DNA of 64,000 bases, from contig CAVTNB010000001.1 in NCBI GenBank assembly GCA_963736005.1, positions 1,920,001 through 1,984,000 of the forward strand, given 5' to 3'. The notes under the pieces are model-generated. The model ran no database searches. It was not told the DNA's origin and worked only from the letters and a program-made list of their open reading frames with translations. The stretch's first letter is position 1. Each line of letters starts with the position of its first letter. Positions 59,176 through 64,000 of the stretch are shown piece by piece. Origin of the DNA: an uncultured Pseudomonadota bacterium (lineage in GTDB: Bacteria > Vulcanimicrobiota > Vulcanimicrobiia > Eremiobacterales > Eremiobacteraceae). The translations under genes and the position numbers were made by a program.

Positions 59176-61509
59176 GTGATTAGCCGCAGCATCAAGCAAC
59201 AGTCGCTCCTCAACGCCTATTGGATTCCGATCAACTTTCAAAACTCCGCAATTCTTACTATTGCGGTGCCGGCTGCGCTTCTCCACCTGGCGGGCACACA
59301 TCACACCGCAGTTCTCGCCATCCTTATTAGTGTTGCTGGTGTGCTTTCAATGCTCGTGCCGCCGGTGGCGGGCGCGATGTCCGATCACTTGCGGCGCAAA
59401 GGCGGTCTGCGACGACCCTTCATCTTGGCTGGCGCGGTCGTTAATGTGATCGGATTGTTCTGGTTGAGTCGAACGACTTCGATCGAACACTTTGCCATTG
59501 CTTTGCTGGTTGCGGTGCTCGGCCAAAGCATCAGTTTAGCCGCCTATCAGCCACTCATCCCCGAAGCAGTGGATCGTTCAGAATGGGGATTGGCATCCGG
59601 CTACCAGGGGATCGCTACACTTGTTGGGACCGTCCTTGGCCTCGCCTTCGCTGGACTTTTCGATCCCGATACCGTTTTTATGTGGGCCGCGATCATCGTG
59701 CTGGCCGGCGCGTTCGCGGCCGCATTGACTCCGGAACGTTCGTTTGTCGACCAGGGCGAGCACGCGCATATCGGTTCTTGGTCCGACTTCATGATTGCGT
59801 TTGTGTCTCGAATGTTTATCAACTTTGGGTTGATGCTGCTGATGACATTCGTGCTTTATTTTTTTAACGACGTCCTCAAAGATCCGAATCCCTCGTCAAC
59901 GACGAGCATTTTTGGCGCGCTTTCTCTTGTGGGCGCGGTGCTGACCAGTTTTTGGATGGGGCAACTCTCGGATCGCGTGCCACGCAAACTGATGGTTGCC
60001 CTCGCGGGGGCCCCCATGGCCCTGGCGATCTTTATTTTTGCGACAGCGCCTGGCATGCACAACCTCGTGCTCATTGCGCTGCTCTTCGGCTTGGGATACG
60101 GAGCATTTGCGTCAACGGGATGGGCGCTCGCCATGGATTCCGTACCGCAGCTGCGAGACGTCGCGCGCGATCTCGGCATCTGGGGACTCGCCAGTGGCTT
60201 GCCCGGCATCATTGCGCCCGCCTTTGGCGGATGGCTGCTCGCTCAGTATGCGAGCCCGCTTGCGGGATATAAGACCCTTTTTTTTGTGGCGGCCTGGTGC
60301 TTCGTGATCGGATCGTGTGTCGTTCTCCTGGTCGGCTACGGTAAAGGACGCTTCGGTATCTCCTTTCAAACCGTTGCTCTCGGGACGATCTATCCATATT
60401 ACTGGAGCGTGCACCGCATTCGTAGGTGGGGCAGGTTGCCATGGCGCCGTGGCACGACGATCGTGTATTGCAATCATCAAAATGATCTCGACACTATCGC
60501 GGGCCCCGTTCAGTTGCAACTTGATGGCCCATGGAACCGACCAATTTACGCGAGCGGCTCCCGTCGTATGTTCGAACCCGGCTTCATGGCAGTGCGCTTG
60601 CCCTGGGCTCGCTCGCTGTTGCGAAACATGACGGCGACCAGGCTCTTTAGTGCCATTGGCATCATTCCGATCGAGAACGAACTGCGCACTCGCACGCTCA
60701 TGAGCCTTGCTTGGAATGTCTACACTCGCCATGGCAACCTAACGCTGGGCGCTATTTTCGGTCACGATACCCTCGCCACGTTTGACGTTCCAGAGAGCTT
60801 GACGATCGAAGCGCTGTTCACAAAGCGCTGGTTTGGGGCATCCCAGGAGATGCTCGTTCCCATCAAGACCATGCTCGAACCATATCGCGGCGAAATCTTT
60901 GCCCAGACGCGCGCAAATCTCGAACGAGACCTCCAACAATTTGACCGAATTGCCCTGGCCGGAAACACGTTTTTCTTGACCCCCGAAGGCCGCCATACTC
61001 GAAACGGCCGACTCTCTCCCTTGCTCGCGATTTTGAAACGTCTCGAGCCATTTGCCGAAACCGTTTGGGCGGCGGCGATGTCCTACGACGTCTTCGTCGG
61101 TAAGCGCCTTTCGTTGCTCGTGCGCTACGTTGAGCTCACCGATCGGAGCAACCTTGCAAGTTCGCTCAAAGCCGCGCGTCCGGTCGTGGTCAGCCAACTG
61201 TTGGCTACGTGGATCATCGAGGGCGGACGCAAGGAGTTTGACGCCGCGAGTGCGCAGACCGCGGTCGTCGCGCAGCTTCAGTCACTGCCAAAGAACGCGT
61301 TTGTGGATCCGGAATTGTTGCGCAATCCGCAAGCCATAACCGATCGAGCACTGGCCGGGATGCGCCAGCTCCACATGCTGGCGTACGAGGGCAGCGTGTT
61401 CAAACTCATGGAGCAGCGAAAGCATCCGCAATTCCCCTTAGTCGATGATATGCTCGCATATCAGACGAATTTTTTTAACGAAACAGTCGAAGCATTGCGT
61501 CAAGTGTAG
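59176..61509 (+). CDS. MFS transporter fused to a PlsC/LPLAT-type acyltransferase domain
   Basis: 12-TM MFS (GAMSDHLRRKGGLRRPF, GQLSDRVPRK), then NHQNDLD (HxxxxD) and FLTPEG acyltransferase motifs. Confidence 0.8.
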   Translation: MISRSIKQQSLLNAYWIPINFQNSAILTIAVPAALLHLAGTHHTAVLAILISVAGVLSMLVPPVAGAMSDHLRRKGGLRRPFILAGAVVNVIGLFWLSRTTSIEHFAIALLVAVLGQSISLAAYQPLIPEAVDRSEWGLASGYQGIATLVGTVLGLAFAGLFDPDTVFMWAAIIVLAGAFAAALTPERSFVDQGEHAHIGSWSDFMIAFVSRMFINFGLMLLMTFVLYFFNDVLKDPNPSSTTSIFGALSLVGAVLTSFWMGQLSDRVPRKLMVALAGAPMALAIFIFATAPGMHNLVLIALLFGLGYGAFASTGWALAMDSVPQLRDVARDLGIWGLASGLPGIIAPAFGGWLLAQYASPLAGYKTLFFVAAWCFVIGSCVVLLVGYGKGRFGISFQTVALGTIYPYYWSVHRIRRWGRLPWRRGTTIVYCNHQNDLDTIAGPVQLQLDGPWNRPIYASGSRRMFEPGFMAVRLPWARSLLRNMTATRLFSAIGIIPIENELRTRTLMSLAWNVYTRHGNLTLGAIFGHDTLATFDVPESLTIEALFTKRWFGASQEMLVPIKTMLEPYRGEIFAQTRANLERDLQQFDRIALAGNTFFLTPEGRHTRNGRLSPLLAILKRLEPFAETVWAAAMSYDVFVGKRLSLLVRYVELTDRSNLASSLKAARPVVVSQLLATWIIEGGRKEFDAASAQTAVVAQLQSLPKNAFVDPELLRNPQAITDRALAGMRQLHMLAYEGSVFKLMEQRKHPQFPLVDDMLAYQTNFFNETVEALRQV

Positions 61510-61563
61510 TCGCGCAAATTTATTTGCGCGTGATCGAGCGCGTCGCGCGAATTTATTCGCGCG
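61506..61563 (+). repeat. Two family C REPs; the first GTAG supplies the stop codon
   Basis: GTAG-TCGCGCAAAT-TT-ATTTGCGCG ... CGCGCGAAT-TT-ATTCGCGCG. Confidence 0.88.
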
Positions 61564-61659
61564 GGTCCATGCAATCGGTCTAAAAGTCAATCTAGACCGC
61601 TCGGCAGGTACCTTGGCGACACGTCGCGCAACTGTCCCCGTCGGGAGGAGCATGAGATC

Positions 61660-64000
61660 ATGACACATTCGTCATGTCGTTTTCTTTTTGTCTTGTTGCT
61701 TGGCTTCATTCTTGCCATTGCAATGACGTCAACGACGCTCGCTGGCACGACAGGGACCCTCGGTGGCTATGTGTTCGCCAAAACCGGCGGCCCGCTGCAA
61801 GATGCGAAGGTTTCCGCTGCATCACCATCCCAGTCGGCACAAACGCAGACAGATGCCACGGGGCATTTTCTCTTTGCTTCCCTGATCCCAGATACGTATA
61901 CCGTCACTGCCTCCAAAGACGGCTATGAAACGTTGTCGCAGCCGGGTATTACGATCCTTGCCGACAACACGCAGAACCTCGAGCTCGTGCTTCAACAGCA
62001 GGTGACGACGCTGTCAAAGGTCATCGTGTCGGCATCGGTGCTCGGTCTGTTGAGCCCAGGGACGACACAAAGCGTCTACAGCATCTCGCCCAACACCGCG
62101 AACAAACTCTCTGCGCTTGGCGGCGGCTTCAACCTCAACCAAGCGTACTCAGCCATCTCCGCAGTCCCTGGCGCATTTGTGCCGCCGTGGCAATCCGGTT
62201 TCAACCAACCAATCTTCTTGCGCGGCGGCGACTTCAACGAGATCGGCTACGAGCTCGACGGCATTCCGCTCAACCGCGCCTTCGACAACGTCCCAACCAC
62301 CAATCTCTCCACGTTCGGCCAACAGCAGTTGCAGGTCTATACAGGCGGAGCGCCTGCCGACGCGGAGTCGCACGGCTTGGCCGGCTACATCAATCAGGTC
62401 ATCAAGACGGGTACCGTACCAGGGTTTGCGAACGCGAGTATGGGTGTGGGCAGTCCCGCGCTCTACAACAAGTTCTCTTTGGAGGGTGGCGGCGCCACTA
62501 CCGATCGCCGACTCACGTACTACTTTAACGTGGGAGGGTTCAATCAGGCTTTTCGCTATGGCGATCAGTTCAATGGCGCTGCGCTCTCGCAGCACTTTGG
62601 CCAAGCCTTCGATCTCGGTAACGCGGCGTTCGGCCCCTTAAGCCCACTGCCCATTGCAGGCCCGGGCTGTCCAGCCATTCCAAACGGCTCAAACTATGCC
62701 GGTTGCTATTCGAATCATGCGTTCTTTGGTCAACTCCCGGCCGGACCGGGTGGGTACATCTTGGGTCCTTATCAGTTGGGACAGAATTCGTCGGAAGCCG
62801 ACCGCGAGAACATTGTCAATCTCCACTACTCGATTCCGCACGAGCGAGCCGGCATCAGCGATGACGTCCAGCTCCTGTACGATGTCTCGCAGATTTATAC
62901 GTATGTCTATGGTTCGTATAGCGACTGGGGTGGCCAAAGTTTATGGACGACCGCGGAGTCGCAGACTCCGGGATTGCACGCTCCCGGATCAGTTCCGGTG
63001 TTCGTGTCCGGATTTCAGTACACGGGTGCGCTCGGGCAACCGGTTGCGGGTGCGCCGTTTGGTCCCATCACCGGCATGGAACCGTATCTCTTTCCGAGCC
63101 AAGACTCGTACGGCGTGAATGGACAGATCCCCATCGATCAACGCGATGCGAGCTCGAATGGCCAAGCGCTCGTCAAGGTGCAGTATCAACACGACTTCGG
63201 CGCCGACGAGTACGTGCGTGTGTACGGCTACAGCGCGTACTCAAGTTCTTTTTTCCACGACCCGAACTTCACCAATCAGATTTTTCCGACAGCCCGCGTT
63301 GCTAATAGCGATCAGGAATTGTGGACGCACACGTATGGCGTTTCGGGCGAATACGCGGCGCAGATCAACCCGGCTCATCTCTTGAGCGTGTCAGCATCGT
63401 ACTTGACATCCAATAACGTTAGCTTCAACAATGAACAGATGACCAACTCAACCCCGGGCGTGCCATTTTTTCCGCCATCGCAATCAGTTTTTGCGGCCCT
63501 CGTGAGCTCAGCCAACCCGAAGAACGGCACGTGCTACTACTACGACCCAGTAACATTCTCAGCGCCAACGCCAACCTCGTGCGAACCAACGACACCCGTG
63601 CCGACCGGAGGGCCGCTGCCGCTCTTCAACACGAAGTTTCTGACGTTCGGCGGCCCGTACTATCCAGCGCCTCCAGGCTTCGAGTGGCTGGCGGTCGAGA
63701 GCGGCCCAAATGGCGTGACCAACTCTGTGACCCCGAAGTTTCTCGCGTTTTCCATCCAAGATCAATGGCGCCCAATCAATCGCGTGCATATCAACGTTGG
63801 CGTTCGCGTTGACCGCTTTCAATACAACCTGCCATCGACAAGTGGCGGTCCAATGACTCCATTTTGGTTCAATGAGTGGAACACGGTCATGTGCGCCAAC
63901 GCGGGCGTCAATGGGGGTGTGCCCGTCGACGAGACAACGCCGACCAGTTTTGGTGGTCCCGGGCTTCCGCCGGGCACGCCGTGCTCGCTCTTAGGAGCGG
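61660..64000 (+). CDS. TonB-dependent receptor with N-terminal carboxypeptidase-regulatory-like domain, partial
   Basis: Absent from the ORF track (no stop in the window). RBS GGAGG; MTHSSCRFLFVLLLG signal, GTTGTLGG, TDATGHFLFASLIPDTYTVTASKDGY, plug-like LRGG..NEIGYELDGIP, GYINQVIKTG, INVGVRVDRF. Confidence 0.88.
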   Translation, partial: MTHSSCRFLFVLLLGFILAIAMTSTTLAGTTGTLGGYVFAKTGGPLQDAKVSAASPSQSAQTQTDATGHFLFASLIPDTYTVTASKDGYETLSQPGITILADNTQNLELVLQQQVTTLSKVIVSASVLGLLSPGTTQSVYSISPNTANKLSALGGGFNLNQAYSAISAVPGAFVPPWQSGFNQPIFLRGGDFNEIGYELDGIPLNRAFDNVPTTNLSTFGQQQLQVYTGGAPADAESHGLAGYINQVIKTGTVPGFANASMGVGSPALYNKFSLEGGGATTDRRLTYYFNVGGFNQAFRYGDQFNGAALSQHFGQAFDLGNAAFGPLSPLPIAGPGCPAIPNGSNYAGCYSNHAFFGQLPAGPGGYILGPYQLGQNSSEADRENIVNLHYSIPHERAGISDDVQLLYDVSQIYTYVYGSYSDWGGQSLWTTAESQTPGLHAPGSVPVFVSGFQYTGALGQPVAGAPFGPITGMEPYLFPSQDSYGVNGQIPIDQRDASSNGQALVKVQYQHDFGADEYVRVYGYSAYSSSFFHDPNFTNQIFPTARVANSDQELWTHTYGVSGEYAAQINPAHLLSVSASYLTSNNVSFNNEQMTNSTPGVPFFPPSQSVFAALVSSANPKNGTCYYYDPVTFSAPTPTSCEPTTPVPTGGPLPLFNTKFLTFGGPYYPAPPGFEWLAVESGPNGVTNSVTPKFLAFSIQDQWRPINRVHINVGVRVDRFQYNLPSTSGGPMTPFWFNEWNTVMCANAGVNGGVPVDETTPTSFGGPGLPPGTPCSLLGA

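Noticed and set aside
61510..61659. Cobalamin or TPP riboswitch before the TonB-dependent receptor
   Set aside because: The region is short, partly filled by REPs, and lacks the conserved aptamer motifs.
62117..63822. Track ORFs in the last 2 kb
   Set aside because: Out-of-frame shadows of the open TonB-dependent receptor frame starting at 61660.

Overview
GC-rich bacterial chromosome segment, mostly core genome. It looks like a diderm Terrabacteria lineage, possibly Ca. Eremiobacterota/Vulcanimicrobiota. That placement is an inference from the mix of Lpt and TonB-dependent receptor genes with a CIRCE site, a SigB/SigF-like promoter, a Uma2 gene and a DUF4760-like gene. Gene order: CPBP protease (partial), MFS, polA-mutM-rpsA-coaE, polysaccharide deacetylase, D-aminoacylase, two KGG stress proteins, pgi/pmi, an LPS-transport/lnt cluster with an antisense lipoprotein inside it, SLT, a zinc-ribbon protein, a TlpA-TPR fusion, the dcw cluster (mraZ to ddl, no ftsQAZ), Tim44-like, site-2 protease, groESL (many indels, probably assembly errors), Uma2, DUF4760-like, a tandem array of four class III cyclase-STAND ATPase-TPR genes preceded by a collapsed fifth copy, an RND pump, an MFS-acyltransferase fusion and a partial TonB-dependent receptor. 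Best candidates for new biology: (1) a CofE/F420-ligase-like gene translationally coupled between murF and mraY, a possible peptidoglycan-precursor amide ligase; (2) the NLR-like adenylyl-cyclase receptor array with divergent sensor regions; (3) four families of GTAG-tagged REP palindromes that combine into mosaics, supply the TAG stop codon of five genes and appear to enter coding sequence; (4) an in-frame palindromic insertion in murG. No rRNA, tRNA, CRISPR array or transposase was recognised. All calls are by eye; no database search was run.
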